This document shows, in pieces, positions 25,211-37,596 of a DNA stretch of 64,000 nt. How positions within the stretch are numbered: the stretch's first letter is position 1; each line of letters begins with the position of its first letter. This stretch comes from Octopus vulgaris (lineage: Eukaryota), in NCBI GenBank assembly GCA_951406725.2, contig OX597824.1, forward strand, positions 96,162,001 through 96,226,000. The letters are read 5' to 3'. The notes below the pieces were generated by a model. The model was given only the letters and a program-made list of their open reading frames with translations. It ran no database searches and was not told where the DNA came from. The position numbers and the translations under genes were made by a program.

Positions 25211-25599
25211 TTATCTTTACTCTTACTCTTTTACTTGTTTCAGTCATTTGACTGTGGCCATGCTGGAGCACCGCCTTTAGTCGAGAAAATCGACCCCAGA
25301 ACTTATTCTTTGTAAGCCCAGTACTTATTCTATCGGTCTCTTTTACCAAACCGCTAAGTGACGGGGACGTAAGCACACCAGCATCGGTTGTCAAGCAATG
25401 CTAGGGGGACAAACACACACACATATATATATATACGACAGGCTTCTTTCAGTTTCCGTCTACCAAATCCACTCACAAGGCATTGGTCAGCCCGGGGCTA
25501 TAGCAGAAGACACTTGCCCAAGATGCCATGCAGTGGGACTGAACCCAGAACCATGTGGTTGGTTAGCAAGCTACTTACCACACAGCCACTCCTGCGCCT
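25211..25599 (-). mobile_element. CORE-type SINE family A
   Basis: Full length, tail (AAGAGT)n. Confidence 0.9.
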
Positions 25600-25965
25600 T
25601 GTTGATTTTAAAAGAAATATTTTTAAAATATAATCAAACTTTCCTCTGTTGACTGCAGACTACTAGTATTACATAGCAATAAGTATCAATTAGTGAGGGA
25701 ACCACTGTGTGGCTCTACTTGCCTTGCTAGAAAGAGCAGCCAAATACACTTTAACTTTCACCCTGTCGTTTTTAACCCTTTAGCATTCAGATTACTCTGT
25801 CACATTTAATGATTATTTATCCACATTGTTTTGAATTAACCTACATTGTCACACCATTGACATTTCTATGATGTGGTTGCTTTATTTTTAGAATGACATT
25901 GTAGGGCAGGTGTGAGGGCCTGGATGTGGTCAGCTTTGATACAAAATAGGTAGAACACTTAACTA

Positions 25966-26381
25966 TACTCTTTACTCTTTTACTTGTTTCAGTCATTTGA
26001 CTGCGGCCATGCTGGAGCACCACCTTTAATCAAGCAACTCGACCCCGGGACTTATTCTTTTGTAAGCCCAGTACTTATTCTATCAGTCTCTTTTGCCGAA
26101 CCGCTAAGTAACGGGGACATAAACACACCAGCATCGGTTGTCAAGCAATGCTAGGGGGACAAACACAGACACACAAACACACACACGCATATATATATAT
26201 ATATAAATACATATATACGATGGGCTTCTTTTCAGTTTCCGTCTACCAAATCCACTCACAAGGTTTTGGTCGGCCCGAGGCTATAGCAGGAGACACTTGC
26301 CCAAGGTGCCACGCAGTGGGACTGAACCCGGAACCATGTGGTCGTAAGCAAGCTACTTACCACACAGTCACTCCTGCGCCT
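25966..26381 (-). mobile_element. CORE-type SINE family A
   Basis: Full length. Confidence 0.9.
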
Positions 26382-27332
26382 ATGTGTGGCTTGCTTAAAT
26401 ACTAACGGATTAAAAAAAAAAGAGAGGAAAGACACATTTAAAAATTAGTGCTCAGTTCCATTCTAAAGGATAGGGTGGTCACAGCTGGATTGCGTTTGAT
26501 CATAAATCTGCTCAATTGACCCGGGACAATATACTGTTATCATATCGATGTTATTTCTGTAACATAATTCTCATTTCCTGCAGTTTTATCTAAAAACATG
26601 GAGGCTAATTTCAGTAATTAGTGAAATTATAGCACAAATATTTACAATTCTCCCTGTCCATATTTCTCTCTAGCTATTAAGGGATTATCTCCGAGCTGGA
26701 CTAACTTCAGCCTAGTTATATGCCATCTGTGTCTAATAAATGCAATCATGTGACCGTTAATAATAAATTTGGTATTTTTTACTGCTGTTTTCGTTTTATA
26801 ATCTATTTTGACTTTTGTTCTTTTCGCTTTATTTTTATCTCAGAAGAAATAATTTTCTTCATTTACAAATAATTAGCCTGAAAAATATACATGCTGGGAC
26901 ACGTTCTGAAACTATTTAATTACAGAAGTTTTACCTGGGTTTGGAGTGGGGATGATATTGTCTAAGCAGTGAATAGATGTCCTTTAATCTCTGTTTTGAG
27001 TTTTAATTGAAATGTTGATTGTAAATTCCTAATTTACTGATTGAAGCTGCTTTGATTCCATTTAGTATTTGCTTTTATTATTTCTTTCATTAACTCAGTA
27101 AGCTGGTAGAATTGTTAAGTGAGCCGGGCAAAATGCTTAGTGGTTTCTCTTCTGATTCTCTACATTTTAGGTTCAAATTCTGCCAATGTTGTCTTTGCAT
27201 TCCATCATTTTGGGGTTAATAAAATATGCATCAGTTAAACACTGGGGTTGATATAATTGACTTACACCCTCCATCATCATCATCATCATCATCATCTGCT
27301 TTCCATGCTGGCGAGGGTTGGACGGTTTGACT

Positions 27333-27619
27333 GAAAAAACACCTTTTTGATCTCCATGTGTCTAACACACGTGGACATGCCTACAAAGTCAGAAAACAAT
27401 ACAGCTCCCATGACTTTCGGAAACATTTTTTCACGCTCAGAGTTGCTGAAGCATGGAATAAACTGCCTGCGTCAGTTGTTGACTGCCATGACACTGCATC
27501 CTTTAAGGCCCTCATGCTTTCCGAAATCCGCCGAAACTACACCTGATTATATATGCACTTTAGATGAGTTGTAGTGCACCTGAGCACTGTACACAATTAT
27601 TATTATTATTATTATTATT
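27333..27619 (+). mobile_element. CR1/L2-clade LINE 3' fragment inserted in a family C copy
   Basis: TRGHAYKV...RKHFFTLRVAEAWNKLPASVV...SFK; (ATT)n tail; family C sequence continues on both sides. Confidence 0.88.
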
Positions 27620-29241
27620 AAAACAAGTAAGTTGGTGGAGCTGTACCAGGTTCCAATCTGATTTGGTAAGGTTTCTATGGCTGGATCCCCTTCCTAATGC
27701 CAACCTATGAGAATATAGTGGATGCTTTTTATGGCACGGGTGCCATTGACTTGACACCAGCCACCGCTACAGTCTCCCTTGGTTTGACAGGTCAACACAA
27801 GCACGGTATATTACTAAGGGTCTTGGTCATCTGTCACTGTATCCATGAGGCCCAATGCTAGAATGGTGTGTTTTTTGTGCACCAGCATGGGTACCAGTCA
27901 GACGGCACTGGCATCGGTCACAACTAAAATTGCTGGCCTTGTGCTGAAATGTGAAACACTTTATTGTTATCACATTTAATGTTTGTTTTCCATGGGTTTG
28001 ATAGTTTGACAGGCGCTGGTATGGCCAGGGGCCATGCCAGGTTCCATTGTCTGTTCTAGCGTGGTTTCTACAGCTGGATGCCCTTCCTAATGCCAACCAC
28101 TTTACAGAGTGTAATGTGACACCAGCGCATTATCGCTTCAAAATTTCCTTCACTTTTGTATACTGTTGTTGTTGTTGATTTTATCCAAAGCCCTGTTCCT
28201 GACTGTTGATCTGTCACCATGTGGAATGAAATGTTGCTCTTTTCAGTCAGTTACAATGATATCAGACTCGGTGATTACTTCAACATCAACAAGAGAAAGG
28301 GATTTTTTTTCCATAGCATCACATCCAGTTATGTCACAATCATGAGACCTACAGCCAAATGTGGCTGAGTGGCAAGAGGTTCGCTTCCCAACCATATTAG
28401 TTTCGGTTTTCCTCTCAGTGTGCGGCACTGTGGGCAAGTGTCGGCTTCGACAGCTCTGGGCTGACCTAAGCCTTGAGTGGGTCTGGTAGATGGCCTCAGA
28501 AACGAGAGAGAGAGAGAAAAAGAAAGGTATCCTCAAACTGGAGTGGGCCTCAATTTCCTCTCTCTCTTTCTCGTTTCTGAGGCCCTGCCTCCCCGCTTGA
28601 CTAAAAAAAGAAGACAGGAACGAGCAAAAGCACTTCTTGATACCTGTGAGGGGCCCTCTGATGTTTGTTTATGAACATTAATATCAGTCTTTCTTCATTT
28701 ACCTATAGATAAAAATTAGTAAATTTTTACAATTTAATCCCTAATACTAAACACAGATTAGATAATCATGACTGTAGTCCATAGTTTGAATCCAAAGGCT
28801 TGGCAATAAGCTAGGTTGTCTGGTCTATTACGGAGGTTAATTTTTTTCATTATATAAATCCTACAATTATTGATTGATTTTGATGTTTTGAGTCTCTCGT
28901 AAATGCAAGAAACCTACTGAGATATCGATTGATTTGTTCAGTGTGTGTACGTCTGTTTTCTTTGCTAGCAGGAGTGTGTGTCTGGTTGTAGAAATCAAGC
29001 TAAAACTGAGACAGTGAAGTACAATGTGTCCTCCAACCTGTTAGATCCTGTTGCACCAGCCGACTCTTGCTAGCAAGGAAAGCAAATGTAAATTGATGAT
29101 GATGATGATATCTATATATGCATTAGATAGGCCATCATTGGAGTGTTAAGTTTGAGTTTTCTATCCAGACCCATTTATAATGGACCTGATTAGTTAGGAC
29201 AAGTGGATTTGGGCAGAAATAATTATACCTGTTGACATTTT

Positions 29242-29650
29242 CTCTTTACTCTTTTACTTGTTTCAGTCACTTGACTGAGGCCATGCTGGAGTACCGCCTT
29301 TAGTCAAGCAAATCAACTCCAGGACTTATTCTTTGTAAGCCTAGTACTTATTCTATCAGTCTCTTTTGCTGAACCACTAAGTTACGGGGAGATAAACACA
29401 CCAGCATCGGTTGTCAAGCGATTTTGGGGGGACAAACACAGACACACAAACATATACACACACACACACACACATATACATATATATGACAGGCTTCTTT
29501 CAATTTCCATCTACCAAATCCACTCACAAGGCTTTGGTTGGCCCGAGGCTATAGTAGAAGACACTTGCCCAAGGTGCCACGCAGTGGGACTGAACCCGGA
29601 ACCATGTGGTTCGTAAGCAAGCTACTTACCACACAGCTACTCCTACGCCT
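29242..29650 (-). mobile_element. CORE-type SINE family A
   Basis: Full length. Confidence 0.9.
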
Positions 29651-30382
29651 GTATAATTTAAACAGAAGCAATTCAAGAAAAACTTGAAGTAAATTCCTGT
29701 TACCCATTTAGCAACTGTGGCACCACGAAAAACTATTTAGTCAAAAGAAGTGATGAGCTGGCAGAGCAGAATCATTAGTGTGTTGGAAAAATAAGCTTAG
29801 CAGCACCACCACCCCCTCCATTCCCACCCAGTTCTTTATGTTCTGAGTTCAAATTCTGCTGAGGTTCACTACTTTCCATCTTTTCAGGGTTGATGAAATA
29901 AATTCCAGTTGAGCACCGAGGTCAATGTAATCGATGTGTCTCCCTCAGAATTGCTGACCTTCTTTCAAAATTAGAAAAAAAAGAATGTTAAGATTCTCTG
30001 GAATGGTTTCATGTTGCCTGCTCTGAGACATATTTGAAACCTGCACTGCAAAACTAATAAAATATTTGGCAATTACTCAACGATTTCACTACTGACACTG
30101 GTAGACAATATCTTTTTATAGAATCTACTACAGTTTGGTAGGCTGGGCTGATGAGATTTAAATATCTAGGCCAGGTACTCTGCAGTGCTGGTTATGGGAA
30201 ATAAACCCTCGACACTTAGGCTGAGGTGCAAACATTCTGTTGACTTAACTGGTGGTTACAGCTTTATAAACCTAGTTTGTTAAAACTTCCGAACTGCTTG
30301 AGTTAAGATAATAAATGAAAAAGCTTGTACTTCAGAGCCTTAACTTCATCTATGTTGATAACAAGTAATACCTATAGATATA

Positions 30383-30778
30383 CGAGGGGTGCTGAAAAGT
30401 TCTGGTTTTAAAGATATCATGAAAGGCCTGGTTGCAATTGCCCCAGCTCCCCTTCAGGGTTGGCGAAAGCGATGTGGTGGACAGTCAAGGCGGATCTGGA
30501 ACCCAACCTAGGCCCCCATGTCTACGGTGTTCGCCGCTGGAATAACAAGTGGTTGGAGATGCAACATTGAGGATAAATGAAGCCAGCTCAACCCACCCTG
30601 GGTGAATGCTGTCTCAAGACAAGACAAGAAGACTGGTTGTAGGCCTAACCTTTCAAGTTTAGAAAAACTGAAGGATTGCTGTATCTGAGGGGGAATATGT
30701 TGAATTAAATCATAATTAACTGATCTTCCTGTATTTTTTATTTTTACTCAAAGCCAAGAACTTTTCAGTACCCCCTCA
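30383..30778. mobile_element. Tc1/mariner-derived MITE
   Basis: TA-CGAGGGGTGCTGAAAAGTTC...GAACTTTTCAGTACCCCCTCA TIRs; residual transposase end (GEYVE-like) near 30690-30705. Confidence 0.8.
30435..30632 (+). mobile_element. RTE-like LINE 3' fragment nested in the mariner MITE
   Basis: Encodes GWRKRCGGQ and, in another frame, VKADLEPNLGPHVYGVRRW; (CAAGA)n tail; 7-bp TSD CTGGTTG at 30428-30434 and 30633-30639. Confidence 0.7.
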
Positions 30779-31986
30779 TTTACACAGGTGAGGTATGTCT
30801 ATGTGGCTAAGAAGCACACCTTGTAACGATATAGTTTTAAGTTCAGTGTAACTGTGCAACACCTTGGACAGGTGTCTGCTTCTTTAGCCCCGGGTCAACC
30901 AATGCCTTGGGAGTGAGTTTGCTAAACAGAAATGTGTGGAAGCTGCCTATGATTGTCACCCCACAACACACACACCACTTTCAACCAGTGTTGGTTTGTT
31001 TACATTCCCGTAAATCAGCCAACAGGCCAAAAGAGTAAGTACCAGGCTTTAAAAAGTATATAAGTCCTGAAGTTGATTCGTTATGACTAAAACCCTTCAA
31101 GGCAGTGCCCCATCCTGGCTGTAACCAATACAAACAAGCAAAAGCTCAAAAGGTAAGCACACAGCTGTAAGTACTTTGTTAGTGTACCTACAATATAGGA
31201 TGGATTTGTGAATATAGGAGCAGCTTAGTATTTGGTTGAGGTTTTTCTGGGTATATGTCAATCCAAGTCAAGCCCATAGCCTAATATATTTTCTGAATGA
31301 ATATATTTCTGTTCTGGATTGGAAAGTTACACAGTATATGTATCACAGGTGGGACTCTGTCATCCAACGAAGGAACTTTTACACAACAGATGATTTTTGT
31401 ATTTGGTTTGCATAATTCTTGATGTGAACTTGTGTGTTGAAACAAATTTTGTGTTTTTGGGAGGGTCATAATTATGAACACATGCACTGACTCTATTGCA
31501 CTTCTTTATTATTCATTGATTAATTAACTATTTGACCCTTTAGCTTTCAGATTATTTTATCAAATGCATTGCTTATTCACATTGTTTTGAATTAATCATG
31601 TATTATCTTATAACTTTGAAATCATAATGAGGTAACTTCTAATTTTTTAGAATGATACTGCAGAGTTGTTGCAAGGGGCCAGATGTGACTAGTTTAATTT
31701 ACTAATCAATTCAGAGACCTGAAGCTGATCTGAAGAGAGAGCGAGTGAGCATGTCATTGAAGAGGTCAACAAAACGACTTTGACGAACTTAATTGATTTC
31801 ATTAATCAAATGATTAACGAAGCATTCGATTGTTTAAACAGTTAGCTAATTGATGAATAATAAGTGAAATAGAATCAGTGTGTGTGTGTGTGTTATTGGC
31901 ATAATGACCCCCCCAAGATACACTAGAAAAATTATGGCTTTTGTTTAGTTAATTAATGTTTTTTTTCTTTTTTTTTTATATTTCAG

Positions 31987-32729
31987 AGAAACATCCTGAA
32001 GTGAAAAAGCTGTTTGGGCCAGATCCGAATCTAAAGTTCATAGTCTTATGTATGGTGATCATACAGATGATATCAATGTATTTTGTTAAGGATATGGACT
32101 GGGTGTATATAATAATATTTGCCTACTGTTTTGGTGGTGTCATTAATCATTCAATGTCTTTAGCTATTCATGAAATTGCTCATAATTTGGCTTTCGGAAC
32201 AAAGTACCCACTAGCAAACAGAGCTTTGGGAATATTTGCCAACTTACCTCTTGGAGTACCTGTCTCAATCACTTTTAAAAAATACCACCTGGAACATCAT
32301 CGATTTCAAGGAGAGGATGACATAGATGTAGATATTCCTACCTATTTCGAAGCTAAGTTCTTTAACAGAACATTTACCAAATTTCTCTGGGTGATTTTAC
32401 AGCCATTGTTTTACACAATACGGCCGTTTTTCATTCGTCCTAAGTCTTTTGAACTTTTGGAACTAATCAATATATTTGTACAGTTTAGCTTTGATGCTGT
32501 AGTGTTTTATATTCTGGGTATAAAACCTATTGTGTACATGATTGCTGGAACTCTTTTGGCAACTGGGCTCCACCCAATGGCTGGGCATTTTATATCTGAG
32601 CATTACATGATCAAGAAAGGATATGAAACCTACTCCTATTATGGCTGTCTCAACGCAATCACCTTCAATGTTGGTTTCCACAATGAGCACCACGACTTCC
32701 CTTATGTTGCTGGAAGTAAATTGCCTGCG
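31987..32729 (+). CDS. DEGS1: DEGS coding exon 2 (three histidine boxes)
   Basis: Acceptor tttcag|AG and donor GCG|GTAAGA. His boxes HEIAH, HLEHH and HNEHH; KHPEVKKLFGPDP...GHFISEHY...ETYSYYG. 743 nt. Confidence 0.98.
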
Positions 32730-34560
32730 GTAAGATTTTATTTTATTTAATTTTGTTCAAAATAAGTTTATTCATTGCTCTGCGTATTCAGTTGTAGCTT
32801 ACAAATCAAAAATTATAGACTTTTCACCAACTCTGATTCATCTTGAAAATGTTGACACAGTTTGATAGATCGACACAATGCAGATGTTTTCTTTGATCTC
32901 TTTAGAAGTTGAAAGCAAATGGGTTATAAAAAAAGGATACACACAATTTTGCAAATTCAGTGCATTTTCTTTTATGCTTTATCAGTCATCTTTATAGGTT
33001 TTTCTTTCATTTTTTTTAGTGTGAGAAAAACTTTCACAGAAATTTAGTTCAAGTTGTGATAATGAAACTAATGTTTTATTATTAAACATATAAAGAATAA
33101 CGAATTAGCATTTGTAAAAACTGAAATAGCAGCTGCTATATGTTTTAATGAGTTAATTGTGAATATTTGCTTTGCCCCCATTGATGTTACACCTGGTGCT
33201 ATGATGCAATACAGACGAAAATTTTATGTAGGCACAGATGTTGTGCAGTTGAGGAGCTTGGGTGGTGTGGCACCTTGGGCAAGTGTCTTCTATTGTCCTG
33301 GACTGTCCAAAGCTTTGTGAGTAGATTTGGTAGACTGTAACTGAAAGCAGCATGTTGTGCGTGTTATGTTTATCCTCCACCACCACTTGACAACTGGTGT
33401 TGGTTTGTTTATGTCCCTGTAACTTAGTGGTTCAGCAAAAGAGAATCGTAGAATAAGTACCGAGCTTTAGAAAATAAATACTGAAACAGGTAAAAGATGT
33501 ATACTGTTTATATTCTTTTCTACTCTAGGCACAAGGCCTGAAATTTTGGGGGAGGAGGGCAGTCAATCAGATCGACCCCAGTACGCAACTAGTACTTAAT
33601 TTATTGATCCCAAAAGGATGAAAGCCAAAGTCGACCTTGGCGGAATTTGAACTCAGAACTCAGACGAAATACCACTAAGCATTTTGCCAGCTTGCCACCC
33701 TGTGTATTATAGTCAGACTGGTATTCTCCTTTTTGTGGGTGGATTTGGTAAACAGAAACTGGGAAAAGCCCATAGTTTCCAATTTACTGTGAAAGCATAT
33801 CCAGCCAGGGTGCAAAAATTACCTTATTTGAAAACTGGTGAGAATTGACTCCTGGAAGGGCATCTGGTCAAAGAAAATCTGCCACAGCAAATTCTGTCCA
33901 ACCCATTCCATGCAAGTATGGAAAAGTGGATATCAAAACAAGGATGAGGGTGGATTATTCCCTCCTTTCAGATGTTAGACTAATACAGGGATTTTGACTG
34001 GTGATTGAGAAGTCTTTGCAGAAATATGGCCTGCCTCTGATTTGCACATAGAGCATCTGTAAAACTGCATACAAGGCCAGCTGTACTAGTGTTGTTAGCC
34101 ACTAAGAGAAGGTGCCATATGTTCTAAACAATATCTTGATTATCAGAAAAAAAAAAACCCAGTTTTTCTAACCCATTCCACGTGTGTCATTTTGGAAATT
34201 AATCGAAACACAGATTGTTGTATTTCATTAGATACTTGGTCACAAAAAAAGGTTAACTGCAGTAAAACCAAAGTTTGCATTTTGTGTCTAAAATCAGAAT
34301 CTAACTGTTCGACACGAGTACAGTCTGCTCTGTTGGTTACTATAGCAACAAGAGAATCACATCACTTAAATACATTGTTTTATTCAATGAAACTGGGAGA
34401 TCATTAATATTTATAAGAATGATTTCAGAAACGACTGCTTTATTTATTTGCGTGTTAATTTTAAAAACATCTCTACATGGGGGTCCAATTTGGAAACGGT
34501 GATACTGTCATTGTCATCATTTAACATCCAACCTATGCCAGCATGGAAAACGGATGTTAA

Positions 34561-34782
34561 CCCTTTCGTTACCAACCCAGCTGAAACCATCTCTGGTTCT
34601 GTAGTACAAATGTCTTGTTTTCATAAGTTTTTAATTAAAATCTTCCACCAAACTTTAGTCACAATTTATGTTCCTAACACTAGCTTAATGATAACTAAGT
34701 TATTTTACTAAATTCTTTGTTATATTTAAAGTAATTGAAAGAAACACAGAACATCTAAAAAAAAAATACAGTAACGAAAGGG
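34561..34782. mobile_element. piggyBac-like MITE family 1
   Basis: Perfect 12-bp TIR CCCTTTCGTTAC / GTAACGAAAGGG with TTAA on both sides. Confidence 0.9.
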
Positions 34783-36913
34783 TTAAATGATGATGTTTCA
34801 TGCTGGCATGTGTTGGAAGGTTTGACTGAATCTAATGAGCTCAAGGACTGCATTGTGCTTCAGTGGTCTGCTTTGGCATGGTTTTGACAGCTTAATGTTT
34901 ACTATAAAACATTTTTACATAATCTAGTTTCCAAAATGGTTTCAAAGAGAGAGAAAGAGAAAGCTTCAAATGTTATTTGACTGCAGATAATGATAATATT
35001 ATGGCTAAGATGACATTTTGGTGAATGTTGTTTGATTTAGCTAAATAGTTACCAATGTTCTATTCTTGTCATTCTGGTAAATTCTCTAAGCGTTGACTTA
35101 CACAGGATGCATATGGGGGAACATGAAAAGTCTGTAATGTAAAAATGTTGGATTTTTGTGTGCATGTTCTAAGGGTAATCCTTTAGCATAAAGATTACTC
35201 AGTCAAATGTAATGCTTGTTGTTTTGAATTAATCATGCATTATCTCATAGCTTTGAGATTTAGTAATATGATTGTTTATTTTCAGAATGACATTGTAGGG
35301 TAGGTGTGATAGGCAGATCTGACCAGATTGAGCATAAAACAAGCCAGTTCGGATATTAATGGGTTAACATATTGTACTATTGTGTCAGAACAATTTTGAA
35401 CCTCGCTTCATATGTTCTGTTCATCACATCTTTGCCTGCTTATTCTTGGGAGGGTCATGGAGGGAGCGTCCTCAAGCATGCCTTCCAATGGGTCTTATCA
35501 GAAGCAACTGTCTCCAGTTGATTCAACTGGATCCCTAAGTGAGACCAGCTGAGCTCACAGGTGTTACCCAACTCGCTCATAGTCTGCCCCTCAGTCTCCT
35601 GGTTTCTCCCATAAAATATGTCCAGCGATTCCTCCCCAGAACATTCTCACCACATGTTTATAATCGCAGAACTGTGATCTCTCAGTTCAGAGAATTAATG
35701 GCTCTACCTGGGGTACCTCTCTGATCTACACACTCTGTCCATCAACACTATTTGCTACAATTTCTATCTGTAAAGTTTATCCTTCTGTAAGCTAACACTT
35801 TGTCCTTAATGCTCTTTTTCCTGATATCACGGTATGTGTGTGTCTTTTAATGATATCAAATACTCTTAGGTCCACTTCATGAGAGAGATTGTGCACTCAC
35901 CTGTGACCAATTTGCTTTCACCATTGGTCTTTATCCATGACATGGTCAGCAGCTTCTTCTGCCTGGCTCATCATTACCAAGGGAAATGTATGTGGCACAA
36001 GCACACACTACACTCTGTAAAGGGATTGGCATAATGTCAATCACTTTACAGAAGGTCATCCAACCCTAGAAACCATGCCAAAACAGAGTGGGACCTGGTG
36101 TGGCTCTTGACCCTGTCAGTTTCTGTCAAACCGTCCAACCCATTCCCAGCATGGAAAGCAGACTTTAAATGATGATGCAAAATGCTGTTGGCTGAGAAAA
36201 TCTGGGCTCTTGTATTTTTTGCTTTCCTTGAGCCCTAGGATTCATAAGACCAGTTATCTGCCCCACTTAATAGGACGCTAGTCTGTAGCAGGGTTCAGAG
36301 TTAACAGTTTGGAAGTGGGGGTGGGGAGCAAATCAGTTGCATTGATGTGCTGGTGGCATGTAAAAAGCACCCACTACACTCTGAGTGGATGGCGTTAGGG
36401 AGGGCTTTCAGCTGTAGAAACATTACCAGATCAGATTGGAGCCTGGTGCAGCCTCCTGACTTGCCAGACCTCAGTCAAACCATCCAACCCATGCCAGCAT
36501 GGGAAATAGATGTTAAACGTTGTTTATGGCGGCAAGGAACTGGCAGAATCGTTAGCACGCCAGGCGAAATGCTTAGCGGTATTTTGTCTGTCTGAACGTT
36601 CTGTGTTCAAATTCCGCCGAGGTCGACTTTGCCTTCCATCCTTTCAGGGTGGATTAAATAAGTACCAGTTACACACTGGAGTTGATGTAATCGACTTAAT
36701 CCCTTGTTTGTCCCCTCTGTTTAGCCACTTGTGGGCAATATAGAAATAAGATGTTAAACGATGATGATATACACACACACACACACACATACGCACATAC
36801 AGACATACATAAATGCTTGTTTATTTTGTTTCTAGGGCCCATTTTCATCAAACACCCCATATTACATTGTTGACAATAATTTAAAATCTATTTTCCATTT
36901 TTTTTTTTTCCAG

Positions 36914-37060
36914 CTCCGTAAAATGGCACCAGAGTTTTATGACAACCTACCATGTCACACCTCTTGGGTGAAAGTGATTTACGATTTCATATTTGATCCT
37001 GATATTGGACCGTATTCAAGAATAAAGCGTTCTACAAAACCTTTCAAATCTTCCAAGTAA
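36914..37060 (+). CDS. DEGS1: DEGS coding exon 3 (C-terminus and stop)
   Basis: Acceptor (t)n ccag|CTC. Encodes LRKMAPEFYDNLPCHTSWVKVIYDFIFDPDIGPYSRIKRSTKPFKSSK*. Total CDS 82+743+147=972 nt = 323 aa. Confidence 0.97.
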   Translation, partial: LRKMAPEFYDNLPCHTSWVKVIYDFIFDPDIGPYSRIKRSTKPFKSSK

Positions 37061-37322
37061 TTAGGAATGCTGTGCTGGTTTTTTTTTTTTTTTGGTTTTC
37101 ATTTTTTTACCATTGAAAAATATATTAAGAATTTGTTTAAATTTTTAATTACTCATAATTATAATTTTTATTTTCCATTACTGGAATTCTGTACCTCATT
37201 TTTATTAATTTTATAAATCACTTTATTACTAAGGTGACAAGCTGGCAGAGTCGTTAGCATGCTGGGCAAAATGTTTAGCAGTTCTACTTTGTCTTTCATC
37301 CTTCCAGGGTCAATAAAATAAG

Positions 37323-37596
37323 GGCAATCCTTCGGTTTGACGCGACAAAACAGTAACAAGACCTCGCTTGTTTCTGTGACAACTCGACAATTCACTTTGG
37401 ATATCTTTGTGACAGCTGCTGTGACAACTACTAAAGTGTGTCTGTGTGTGCGTGCGTGCTTGTTCTTGTCTGTGTGTGCGTGTGTGTGCATGTTCTGACA
37501 CACAGACAAGAACAAGCACACACACACTTTAGTAGTTGTCACGGAAACAAGTGAGGTCTTGTTATTGTTTTGTCGAGTAAAACCCGAAGGATTGCC
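37323..37596. mobile_element. Merlin-like foldback MITE nested in a family B SINE, downstream of the DEGS stop
   Basis: GGCAATCCTTCGG...CCGAAGGATTGCC TIR of about 62 bp; 8-bp TSD AAAATAAG / AAAATAAA; SINE consensus resumes on both sides. Confidence 0.85.

Noticed and set aside
20569-26405. Recurrent ORFs with EDTCPRCHAVGLNPEPCGW or RRHLPKVP..GTEP peptides, resembling a gene family
   Set aside because: Translations of SINE family A copies in different frames; not protein-coding.
28492-28584. Inverted repeat GGCCTCAGAAACGAGA(GA)n ... (CT)nCGTTTCTGAGGCC
   Set aside because: Real but small, partly microsatellite, no TSD or ribozyme core found; cannot be classified.
31956-31986. MFFFFFFYIS N-terminus of the 264-aa ORF
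   Set aside because: This is the polypyrimidine tract and acceptor of DEGS intron 1; the true start is at 12247.
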